Shown: in pieces, positions 28,035-41,500 of the stretch
Layout: the number at the start of each line of letters is the position of its first letter
How positions within the stretch are numbered: position 1 is the first letter of the stretch
NCBI GenBank assembly: GCA_951406725.2
Contig: OX597828.1
Coordinates: 19,406,001-19,470,000 of the forward strand
Reading direction: 5' to 3'
From: Octopus vulgaris
Lineage: Eukaryota
DNA: 64,000 nucleotides
Made by a program: the position numbers and the translations under genes
Notes under the pieces: model-generated
The model's input: only the letters and a program-made list of their open reading frames with translations
Database searches by the model: none
What the model was told of the DNA's origin: nothing

Positions 28035-30006
28035 TCGACGGGCTCCAGCATGGTCGCAGTCAAATAACTGAAACAAGTAAAAGAGTAAAAAAGAGAGAGG
28101 GTAATATAAACAACAGCTCATAAGATATTGAATAAATATGGCCTTTTTGGCACTTAGAAGGAAAAAACAAATGAAAAAAAAGGTGGGAAGAGTTATGTAC
28201 AAGAATTGGATGTTGTGTCTGCCATTGCAGAGTGGAATGACCATCATAAACCACCAGGCCAAGGAAGCCCTGACAATTTTCTAAAACATCAAATTAAAGT
28301 TTCTTACTCGTAGGTGCAGGAGTGGCTGTGTGGTAAGTAGCTTGCTTACCAACCTCATAGTTTTGGGTTCAGTTCCATTGCATGGCACCTTCAACTATAA
28401 CCTCGGGCCATAAAAACCTTGTGAGTGAATTTGGTAGACAGAAACTGAAAGAAGCCCGTCGTGTATATATATATGGCCCGAGGTTATAGTTGAAGGTGCC
28501 ATGCAATGGAACTGAACCCAAAACTATGTGGTTGGTAAGCAAGCTACTTACCACACAGCCACTCCTTTTTTTCGTTTGTTTTTTCCTTCTAAGTGCCAAA
28601 AAGGCCATATTTATTCAATCTTTTATGAGCTGTTGTTTATATTACTCTTTACTCTTTTACTCTTTTACTTGTTTCAGTCATTTGACTGCGGCCATGCTGG
28701 AGCATCGCCTTTAATCGAGCAACTCAACCCTGGGACTTATTCTTTTGTAAGCCCAGTACTTACTCTATCGGTCTCTTTTGCCAAACCACTAAGTAACGGG
28801 GACATAAACACACCAGCATCGGTTGTCAAGCAATGCTAGGGGGACAAACACAGACACACAAACACACACATGCATATATATATACATATATACGACGGGC
28901 TTCTTTCAGTTTCCGTCTACCAAATCCACTCACAAGGCTTTTTGGTCGGCTCAAGGCTAGAGTAGAAGACACTTGCCCATGGTGCCACGCAGTGGGACTG
29001 AACCCGGAACCATGTGGTTGGTAAACAAGCTACTTACCACACAGTCACTCCTACGCCTATATATATATATTTATTTATAATTTCATTTGTGTTTGTGTTT
29101 CTTAGATAAAGGCTTATTTTCAAATTTCTCAGTACTTTAAACAAAACCAAAAATATTTTGCATGTGCTTGTGTCTGATCAGTCTTCACCACCATTACCAC
29201 TACCACCACCCCCTTTGCCTTAATTCTCCTTCCACCCGCCCACCCGTCCCTTTTACTCCACCTCTGCTTGTCAGTCTAGATGCCAGGCAGATAAGTGGGT
29301 GAGGTCCTGGGAGAGTTAGGGGACTTACTGAGGTGATGTGGGTTTAAGAGTGTGTGTGTATGTGTGAGTTGGCAGGAGAATGTTTATTATATGTGTCAGT
29401 GGCAGGAGTATGTGTGTGTGTGTGTGTGTGTGAATATATATATATGGTCTGTATATATGTGTGTGTGTGTGTGTGTGTGAACACCAGAAAAGCGCAGAGG
29501 GAGAGGAAAGCTTAGTGTGAAATAAATTTACTTGCCAAAATAAATTATATTTTTGAGCTAAAAAACAAAAAGAAAAATGCCATTCTTTCACCACCACCAC
29601 CGCCACCACCACCCTGTCATTACCACCACTGCCATCACCATCCTCCACCATCTCTCCCAACAGTCATGTGTAAGTTGCTGTGGCAGGGGGGAGGTGTCAG
29701 AAGTGGGAAGGAAGAGATGACAGGGTTAAGGTAAGAGGATAGTGCCAAACAAAAAATAAAAATCGAGGTAGGGGGTTGTGGGAAGCCCATTTCTTCTCTC
29801 TCTACTCATTCTCTCTTCTGTAAACACCAGTTGAAGGGTAGGGCGCAGAATGGGGAATAAGCTGTATGTTATTTACTTGTTTTTAGGGGCTTTCACTACT
29901 TCAACCCCCCTCCCTGGCTAAAATCCCCACCCCCCTGTATCTATGTATATGTAATATACTCTCACAGCATTGGTGCACACACACACACACACCAGTACTG
30001 GGTATA

Positions 30007-30055
<49 letters not shown>

Positions 30056-33000
30056 CTCTTTTCAGTCATTTGACTGCGGCCATGCTGGAGCACCACCTTT
30101 AGTCGAGCAAATCGACCCTCCCCCCCGGGACTTATTCTTTTGTAAGCCCAATACTTATCCTATCAGTCTCTTTTGCCGAACTGCTAAGTGACGGGGACGT
30201 AAACACACCAGCATCAGTTGTCAAGCAATGCTAGGGGGACAAACACAGACACACACATATATATATATACATACATATATACGACAGGTCTCTTTCAGTT
30301 TCCGTCTACCAAATCCACTCACAAGGCTTTTTGGTCGGCCCGGGGCTATAGCAGAAGACACTTGCCCAAGATGCCACGCAGTGGGACTGAACCCGGAACC
30401 ATGTGGTTGGTTAGCAAGCTACTTACCTCACAGACACTCCTGCGCCTATATATATATATATATTCTCTTATTCATTTCAGTCATTTGACTGCGGCCATGC
30501 TGGAGCACTGCCTTTAGTCAAGCAAATTGACCTCAGGACTTATTCTTTGTAAGCCTACTACTTATTCTATCGGTCTCTTTTACTGAACCGCTAAGTTACG
30601 GGGACTTAAACACACCAGCATCGGTTGTCAAGCGATGTTGGGGGGACAATATATATACTTTTACTTGTTTCAATCATTTGACTGCGGCCATGCTGGTGCA
30701 CTGCCTTCAGGGTTTTTAGTCGAACAACTCAACCTCAGGGTTTTCTTTTAAAGCCCTAGTACTTTTTCTGTAGGTCCTTTTTGCCAAACCTTTAAGTTAC
30801 GGGAGGGGCACAAAGATATACACACACACACACACATAAATATACATACACACACACACATATATGACAGACTTCTTTAAAAAAAAAATAATAATAATGA
30901 AATTATTGTATACAGTGTTCAGGTGCACCACAACTTGCCAAAAGTGCGTATAAAGCATATGCAGTAATGTACAAATGTCTGGGAAGTGAACAGTGTATGA
31001 GTCAGATACATGCTTGCATGTGTATGGAGGGGAGAAAATCAGGTGTAGTGTTGGCGAATCTCAGGAAGCATGGAAGTTTTGAAGGATGCAGTGCTCCGAC
31101 AACTAACAACTGATGCTGGCATTTTGTTCTATACTTCGGCAACTCTTAGCGTGAACAAATGTTTCCGAAAGTCATGGGAGCTGTGCTGTTTTCTGACTTT
31201 GTAAACATGTCCACGGGTGTTAGACAGGTGGAGTTTGAAAAGGTGCTCAGAGTTCTACCGAATCCACTCACAAGGCTTTGGTTTTCCCAAGGCTATAGTA
31301 GAAGACACTTGCCTAAGGTGTCACACTGTGGGACTGAACCCGGAATCACACAGCCACACATCATGCGCATATATATATATATATATAAAATATTTTGTCT
31401 TACTTTATTTCACTCATTAGACTATGGCCATGCTGGGGCACCACCTTGTAGAATTTTAGGGGAGCAAATTAACCCCAGTACTTATTATTTTTTTTGTAAG
31501 CCTGATACTTTTTCTGCCGTTTTCTTTTGCTAAACTGCTAAGTTGCTGGTGTGTCAAGCAGTGCTAGGAAATGACAATCACAGACACAAAAACACAAACA
31601 CATACATATATGTGCGATGGGCTTCTTTCAGTTTCCATCTACTAAATGCACTCATAAGCTTTGGTCAGTCTGAAGTTATAGTAGAAGACACTTGTCCGAG
31701 GCGCCATGCAGTAGAACTGAACCCAGAACTATGAGATTGGGAAGCAAACTTTTTACCACACAGCCACACCTGCAACTGTATATATTTATGTAATTAAAAC
31801 ATATATAGAGATGCTATGTGAGGGCTCGTTGCTTTGTGGTCAAAGTGTTTCACTCACAATTGTGAGATTGTGGATTTGTCTCCTCGACTGGACCAGCAAA
31901 ACACTTCGTCTCACAATTCTCTGCAATCATTAAGGTAACCAACATGTGGCACACTATGTGCTTGTACTTATTTCTTTATTGCCCACAAGGGGCTAAACAT
32001 AGAGGGGACAAACAAGGACAGACAAAGGAATTAAGTCGATTACATCGACCCCAGTGCGTAACTGGTACTTGATTTATCAACCCCGAAAGGATGACAGGCA
32101 AAGTCGACCTCGGCGGAATTTGAATTCAGAACGTAGCGGCAGATGAAATACTGCTAAACATTTCACCTGGTGTGCTAGCGTTTCTGCCAGCTCACCGCCT
32201 GTACTGGCAAAGTCAGTTTCATGGAGAGAGTGAGCTTATGTGTTACACAAACTCACCTTGCTTAATCATATTCTTCTGCCTGTGATACACATACGTTACT
32301 CAATTTTCCGTTGAAATCAGCTTTCGATTTTCCTCTTTTTGTTTCATCATTTAATGTCCGCTTTCCTTGCTGGACATGAGTTAAACGGTTTGACTGGAAC
32401 TGGTAAGCCAGAGAGCTGCACCAGCTTCCAGTCTGTTTTGACATGGTTTCTACAGCTGTATGCCCTTCCTAATGCTGACCGCTCCAAGAGTATAATAGGT
32501 GTTTTTAGCATGCCACCGCCACGGGTGCTTTTATGTGCCAGTCATGTGGCGCCATCATTGACCACGACTATGGTTTCTCTTGACTTGACGGGTCTTCTCA
32601 ATCAGATCAAATCGCAGGAACTCTCAGTCACTTGTCATCACTTCTATGTTATTATATTTTAGTATCTGAGTTTAAATGCGGTTGAGGTTGACTCTGCCTT
32701 TCATCCTTTTGGATTGGATAAAATAAGGACCAGTTGAGCTCTGGGGTTGACGTAATTGACTTACCCCCTCTCCCCATACAGATTTGATCACTGTAAACAA
32801 TTCAGCTGTGTAGTGTGTTCAGCAATAGACTGCAGGCATAGGAGTGGCTGTGTGGTAAGTAGGTTACTTAGCAACCACATGGTTCCGGGTTCAGCCCCAC
32901 TGCGTGACACCTTGGGCCGACCAAAGCCTTGTAAGTGGATTTGGTAGACGGAAGCTGAAAGAAGCCCATTGTATATATCATCATCATCATCGTTTAACGT

Positions 33001-36000
33001 CCGTTTTCCGTGCTGGCATGGGTTGGACGGTTCGACTGGGGTCTGGGAAGCCAGGAGGCTGCACCAGGCTCCAGTCTGATCTGGCAGTGTTTCTACAGCT
33101 GGATGCCCTTCCTAACACCAACCACTCCATGAGTGTAGTGGGTGCTTTTTATGTGCCAGGGAAGGCTGGCAGTGGCCACGATCGGTTGGTGCTTTTTATG
33201 TGCCACCATGTGTGTGTGTGTGCGTGCATGCGTTTGTGTTTGTCCCCCCCAACATCGCTTGACAACCGATGCTGGTGTGTTTACATCCCTATAACTTAGC
33301 ATTTCGGCAAAAGAGTCTGATAGAATAAGTACTAGGTTTACAAAGAATAAGTCCTAGGGGTCAATTTGCTTGACTAAAGGCAGTGCTCCAGCATGACCAT
33401 AGTCAAATGACTGAAACAAGTAAAAGAGTAAAAAGAGAGAACCGCTTTTCTTGGATTGGGAAACCACCATTAAATTAGACTCATTGTGGCCTAAAACTTA
33501 ATTGTGTATCTGTATGTGTGGTGGCCAATAGAAGCAATATACCCATCCACCCCAAGTTCTCAGCTAAATGGCGTGATTAATCCTTTTGTTACCATATATC
33601 TTTCTGTTGTGATGCTTTGTGTTTCTTTCAATTAATTTTAAATATGACAAAGAATTTAGTAAAATAACTGTTACCATTCAGCTAGTGTTAGGTACATAAA
33701 TTGTGATTAATGTTTGATGGAAGATTTTAATTCAGAACTTTTGAAAACAAGCCTTTTGTACTACAGAGCCAGAGGTAGTTTCAGCCGGGTTGGTATTGAA
33801 AGGGTTAGATTAATCATTTGCTAACCCTTTTGTAACCATGTTTCTACTGAGATTCTCTGTGTTTCTTTCAATTAATTTTAAATATAACAAAGAATTTAGT
33901 AAAATAACTCAGTTATCATTAAGCTAGTGTTAGGAACATAAATTGTGATTAATGTTTGATGGAAGATTTTAATTCAGAACTTTTGAAAACAAGGCTTTTG
34001 TACTACGGAGCCAGAGGTAGTTTCAGCCAGGTTGGTATTGAAAGGGTTAAATTAATCATTTGCTAACCCTTTTGTAACCACATTTCTGCTGAGATTCTCT
34101 GTGTTTCTTTCAATTAATTTTAAATATAACAAAGATTTTAGTAAAATAACTTAGTTATCATTAAGCTAGTGTTAGGAACATAAATTGTGATTAATGTTTG
34201 ATGGAAGAATTTTATTCAGAACTTTTGAAAACAAGGCTTTTATACTAACTACAGAGCCAGAAACAGTTTCAGCCAGGTTGGTATTGATAGGGTTAACAGA
34301 AAAACCGATTTCAAGATTGTTGTTCTTCATCTGTTTCTACTTATGCCTAATTTTACTATTGAAAAAATAATAATCTTGAAACTGATTATTCTAATTTACC
34401 AAATACTTATGGTACACTCAAGATTAATTCAGAAGTAAGACGATATATGAGTATATATTTCATATATATGTTCATATGCATATACATATAGATATATATG
34501 TGTATATATGCACATATATGTGTGTGTGTATACACGCACACACATACACACACACACATGAGTATAACTTTTCAGTTTCCATATTGTTTGGATACTTTTT
34601 GGTGTTGAGACAAATTCTAAAAAGCTTGCCCTATAAGCACCACCGACATGCAAATTAGTTTATCCTCAGTAAGCTCATATTCTCGTTGCAGTTTAATAGG
34701 ATTTAGTGCTAATTGAAGAATGCTAATTAAAGTATGAAATTGAAACCAACTCTATACCTTTTTGTCAATAAGTTTCATTTCACCATATGACTATATTTCA
34801 CTTACATCTGTGTGTCTGTGTCTCTGTTTCGATGTCATGTGATGATTGTAAACAAGATTCCACAAAAATATGTCAGGCCACGAGGAAGTATTACCTTGCT
34901 TGAAAACCAGTGAGGGTTGGCACCTGGAAGGGTATTTCACCATAGAAAATGTGCTTCAACAAATTTCCAAGCAAACATGGACTTCTGGTTACTAAAGCTT
35001 TTGTAAAAATAAAACCATAAATTAGTCCTACTGTTAAGTCTAATTTGTCCCCCTCAGAACGTTGATAAACCTTCTGAAATTCTGTCTCCATGCAGGCATC
35101 AACTTATGGATACTTATGCTGAATTTGAAGTGTATCATCTCAGAGATTTGTGAAGGACATGAGCATTGTCCTTTCCCTTTCTTTCTTTAGGTTAAACCAT
35201 CATCATCATCATCGTTTAACATCCGCTTTCCATGCTGGCTTGATTTGGACAGTTTGACTGAGGACTAGTGAGCCAGAGGCTGTACCAGGTTCAATCTGAC
35301 CTTGCAAAGTTTCTACAGCTGGATGCCCTTCCTAACGTCAACCACTCTGAGAGTGTAGTGGCAACGACCACACTCAAAAGGTGTTTTTATGTGCTACCTG
35401 CACAGGAGCCAGTCCGATGGCACTGATAACAACCACACTCAAATGTTGTTTTTCGTGAGCCACCGGCTCATGTGCTGGTAAAGCAACACTGGCGATGATA
35501 ACGCTCTCAAATGGTGCTTTTCATGTGTCACCGGCACAGGAGCCAATCCATGGCCCTGACAACAATTACATTTGGATATGCCAATCAGGCGGTACTGTCA
35601 TCAGTAGGTCTTTGCAAGTTTAATAGAAAGAAAAAAGACAATCCAGTAACAAGGCTTTGGTTGACCCGGAGGCTATAGTAGAATATATATATTGTTTCTT
35701 TATTGCCCACAAGGGGCTAAACATAGAGGGGACAAACAAGGACAGACAAATGAATTAAGTCGATTATATCGACCCCAGTGCGTAACTGGTACTTAATTTA
35801 TCGTCGCTGAAAGGATGAAAGGCAAAGTTGACCTCGGCGGAATTTGAACTCAGAACGTAATGGCAGATGAAATACGGCTATGCATTTTGCCCGGCATGTT
35901 AATGGTTCTGCTAGCTCGCCGCCTTCAGTAGAATATATATATATAACCAAAATACAGTGGGCAAGAACAACATGCTGAGTACACCTCAGTATATCTAGAA

Positions 36001-36336
36001 GACATCCCCTTCTTTATGCTTGTACCTGATGTGACATAAACTGCACAGGGCTGATACAACACAATTAGATGCACAACATTCTACCCATAATGCACAGTTG
36101 CAGGATGGGTCAAAATGATTCTCGTACTGAATAAAGACTAGTGCTGAATCTATCTTCCATTTCCTTTATATACACTGCATAATAACCTTATAATATGCAT
36201 CTCAAAGCTCCTCTTCGGCTACCATATGTTATCATACAGCAGGATTACGTCTTTTACTAGATATGTATGTAGAATTCATGCAAAAGAAATAGTTATAGTA
36301 CAAGAAAATAGAATGAACACACACACATACATATGC

Positions 36337-36379
<43 letters not shown>

Positions 36380-37438
36380 ACATTTAAACACATTAAGAGG
36401 TGTCCATCATAGGACTCCCTTCCACTAGAAGGAACATCTCTTAATGTGCTTAAATGTACACTGTATTTTATATGAATAATATATAGTCTATTGACTAATT
36501 TTTCTATACACTAGGTCACTGGTAGTAGAAATTTCTAAAATCTTTATTACCCTGATATTATCAATTAATTATATATATATATTGTCATCGTGGCACTCTG
36601 TCGGTTATGACAACGAGGATTCCAGTTGATCCGATCAATGGAACAGCCTGCTCATGAAATTAATGTGCAAGTGGCTGAGCACTCTACAGACGTATACCCT
36701 TAATATAGTTCTTGGGGAGATTCGGCATAACACAGAGTGTGACAAGGCTGGCCCCTTTGAAATACAAGTACAACAGAAACAAGAAGAAAGTTGTGGTGAA
36801 AGAATACAGCAGAGTTCGCCATCATCCCCTGCCAGAGCCTCGTGGAGCTTTAGGTGATTTCGCTCAATAAACATTCGCAATGCCCAGTCTGGGTATCGAA
36901 ACTGCGAGTCTACTGCCCTAACCACTGGGCCATTGCGCCCCACCCCCACCCATATGTGTGTGTTTGTGTGTGTGTGTGTGTGACTGGCTCCTGTACTGGT
37001 GGCACATAAAAAGCACCATCCGAACATGGCTGATGCCAGTGCTGCCTGACTGGCTCCCATGCTGGTGGCATGTAAAAAGCACCCACTACATTCTCGGAAT
37101 GGTTGGCATTAGGAAGAGCATCAGCTGTAGAAACATTGCAAGATCAGACTGGAGCCTGGTGCAACCTCCTGGCTTGCCAGTCAAACCATCCAACCCATGT
37201 TAGCATGGAAAGCAGATGTTAAACAATGATGTGACCGCGTGTGTACCGTTGGCGATTTTTTTTCCTCCATCTTCCCTTCTCTGGATCTTTCTTTTTCCTA
37301 TGTTTCTGACGAAGAGCTCCGTTCGAAACGTAAAACCCTCCTTCTTCTCTTCCTTCCTGAGCGTCCAATAATACTATATTTGTTCCACGTCCTCGCGTTG
37401 TTGTGTTTTCTCTTTGTGTTTTCATGTTTGGATTAACC

Positions 37439-37472
<34 letters not shown>

Positions 37473-38524
37473 ATATATTTTACCCAATTTTATACTGTGC
37501 TTTAACTGGAAAATTTAGGCTGTAGTTTATATATGAGGTAAAGCTGATATCAAGTTTGAATATGAAGGGAAAAAATTTTGAACCATGATTGAACACCAAG
37601 TTAGGGGTACAACTTATACATGAGAAATTACAGTGTGTGTGTATGTATGCATGTGTATGTATACGTGTGTTTTGATATAAAAACATTTGTTAACACTGTT
37701 ATTAATATTTGGTCAAATTTTGTAACTGTATGATAGATTGATGTTATGTGTGTATGGTGGCCCCCAAACCTTCCTACCTGCCTACATACCAATCCTTTGT
37801 TACATTTTACTTTGCCATTGCACTTTTCTGTTTTTTTTTTATTCCTTCCATGATGTCTCACCCATTTCCTCTCTACGCAGATTTCATACGACCTCACTTC
37901 ACTGATTCATTTCTTCGCTCACTCCCCTCACGGTCCCGTAGTCATGAACGACTTCCGACACCAACAGTTTGTCCTTGTCAACGGAATGTTAAAGCTTACC
38001 GATGTCGATGACACTGGAATCGGTGACCCACACTGTTCCACACAGGCTGACTGCAATCTCCATTTCTCACCTTCAGAATTCCATGCCAAGTTAGTGATAC
38101 TTTCAAAACATTTTCTTTCTTTGAACACTATTTTCATTCTTTAACCATTTTGCATTCAGCTTACTTTGTCAAATGTAATGCTTCTTTATCTAACCCTTTA
38201 GTGTTTGCATTATTCTGCCAAAATTAATGCTTTTTCATCCACATTGTTTTGAATAAATCATGCATTATCTTGTAGCTATGAGATTTCAATGAGGTAGCTC
38301 TTTACTCTCTCTTTTTACTCTTTTACCTGTTTCAGTCATTTGACTGCGGCCATGCTGGAGCACCGCCTTTAGTCGAGCAAATCGACCCCAGGACTTATTC
38401 TTTGTAAGCCCAGTACTTATTCTATCGGTCACTTTTGCCGAACCGCTAAGTGACGGGGACGTAAACACACCAGCATCTGTTGTTAAGCAATGCTAGGGGG
38501 ACAAACACACACACACAAACACAT

Positions 38525-38577
<53 letters not shown>

Positions 38578-41500
38578 TAATCCAAACAAAAAAGACAACA
38601 ACGCAAAAGGTGGAACAATTAAAGTATTATTAGGCGCTCAGGAAAAAAGGGAAGAAGGAGGGTATGACGTTTCGAGCGGAGCTCTTCGTCGGAAACATAA
38701 GAGAAAGAAAGATCCCGAGGTGGGAGGACAGAGGGAAAAAAAACGCGAGTGGTCTTCACGAGGTATATACAACAGGCTTCTTTCAGTTTCCATCTACCAA
38801 ATCCACTCACAAGGCATTGGTCGGCCCGGGGCTATAGCAGAAGACTCTTGCCTAAGATGCCACGCAGTGGGACTGAACCCGGAACCATGTGGTTGGTTAG
38901 CAAGCTACTTACCACACAGCCACTCCTGCACCTATTAATTTTTCTGTTAATTTTTCAAACGATATTGTAGGGTTGGTGTGAGAGACCAGATCTGGCCATG
39001 CTGAACATAAAACAGGCAGAATACTTTTGGCCAGATATGGCCGGTTTAAATGCTAAAGGGTTAACATTGTTTTGAATTAATCCTGTGTTGTTTTGTAGCT
39101 TCAAGATTTCACTGATGTGATTGTTTATTTTTAGAACGACATTGTAAGATGTGTTTGAGAGTCCAGATGTGGCCAGTTTGTATATAAAATAAGTAGAGAA
39201 TTTGGGCTAGATACGGCCGGTTTAAATGCTAAAGGGTTAAACATATGATTATTTTTTCGGATTTTTCTCTTGTTTTTCTGTTCCTGTCTTGATGTGGGTT
39301 TTTTTTTTTTTTGTTGCTGTTATTTGTTGCTAATTGCTTCAGTTCAACAAGCTGTTCTGTTGCCAGCAAGCTAATACAAAGGTATTGAACAAGGAAGCTA
39401 GGGCTTGTTGACTGCTGCTAACAATGGGCAAACAACCATCTTTACTTGTGGAAGCATACAGCTTAGTGGTTAGGGGTGTTGGACTCATGAGCGTAAGATA
39501 GCGGTTTCGATTCCAGGAACGGGCAATGCATGTTCTTGAGCAGAACACCTCATTTCTCGTTGCTCCACTCCCCATCGGCTGGCAAAAGTGAGTAATCCTG
39601 CAACGGACTGGTGTCCCATCCAGGTGGGGAATATATATGCCATAGAAACAGGGAAACTGGCCCTTATGAGTCAGTATGATTCAAGAAGGTAACCTTCACA
39701 TTTTTACCTTTCCATATTTACTCGTGTATAAGACACACTATTTTACACAGGATTTTCACAGTTGTTTCAACAACTCATCAGTCATCAATCACACATCATG
39801 TCTATGGGCATGGATGATAACGACGATTTTAACCATGTGTATTATGTGATATCATCATCATCATCATCATTGTCTCACTCTTTAACATTCAAAATATTCA
39901 GAAGCAACGCCTGTTTATTCTCCTTGTTTTGAATTAGTCATGCTTTATGTCGTAGCTTTGAGATTTTGAAGAAGTAACTGTTTATTTTTAGAATGGTATT
40001 TTAGGGTTGGTGTGAGATGCCAAATCTGGTCAGTTTAAATGCAGATGAGTTAACGTCTGTTTTCTATGCTGGAATGGTTTGACAGGAACCGACGAACTAC
40101 AAGGCCATGTTGAGCTCCAGTGTCTACTTTGGCATGGTTTCTATGGTTGGATGCCCTTCCTAATGCCAACCACTTTACGGAGTGTCTTGGAGGCTTTTTT
40201 TTTTCTATGCTTCCAATACTAATGAAGTTACCATGTAACTTGCAAATCCACTTAGTGAATATTTTGTAGTTACTAAGTTGGCAAGTGGAGGCACAATGGC
40301 CCAGTGGTTAGGGCAGCGGACTCACGGTCGGAGGATTGCGGTTTCGATTCCCAGACCGGGTGTTCTGTGTGTTTATTGAATGAAAACACCTAAAAGCTCC
40401 ACGAGGCTCCAGCAGGGGGTGGTGGTAACCCCTGTTGTACTCATTCGCCCCAACTTTCTCTCACTCTTTCTTCCTGTTTCTTGAGTAACGCTGCAATGGA
40501 CTGGCGTCCCGTCCAGCTGGGGAGAACACATACACCACAGAAACCAGGAAACCAGGCCCATGAGCCTGGCTAGGCTTGAAAAGGGTGCATAAATAAATAA
40601 ATAAATAAATAAAGTCGGCAAGCTGGCAGAATCGTTAGCATGCTGGGCAAAATGCTCAGCGGCATTTCCTCCATCTGTACATTCTGAGTTCAAACTCCAC
40701 ATGGTTCGACTTCGCCTTCCATCCTTTTAGCACTCATAAGAATAAGCACCAGTTGAACACTGGGGTCAGTTTAATCAACTTGGCCCCTTCGGTCAAACCT
40801 GCTAGATTTGTGCCAGAATTTGAAACCAGTGCTTTGCACTTACTAATTACTGGCAAATACCACCAGACATTTTCCCAAAATCTACTCTGTCACCTTGTGT
40901 ATTTTTAATTCATTTCTTGTTTGTTCCCCTTTCAGAATCCCTTGTCAGAACGGTCATTGTGTCGGACTGAACGAAAAGAAAAATATCTTCAATGCCGGGC
41001 GCCATTTTATAATTTTTCGACTTCCATATGGTGCTCCACCATCCCTCCATCCTATTCTTTATGATGTGGTTTCTGGCTTTACCAACTTGACTATGAGTGC
41101 CGACAGACTTCTAGAACAGATGCAAAAGGCTGTACACCTGTACAAAACTGGCCATTACCTGAACAGGACTCAACCTGTGAAGACAGGTGAGCATGCCACT
41201 TTGATTTCTTTACTTGTTTCAGTCATTGGGCTGCGGTCATACTGGGGCACCAGCCTGAAGATTTTAGTTGAACAAATCAACCCCAGTAACTATATTGAAA
41301 ATTGCTATTGGTCTCTTTTGCTAAACCACTAGGTTACAAGGATACAAACAAACGAACAGTGGTTCTAAAGTGGTAGGTGAGGGACAGACACTAAAACTAA
41401 GTCAGATGTGCCTCAGCATGGCCACAGCTCGTGAGCTGAAACTAGATAAAATAAATAAAAAAATAAATAAAATATATATATATCATCATCATTTAATGTA

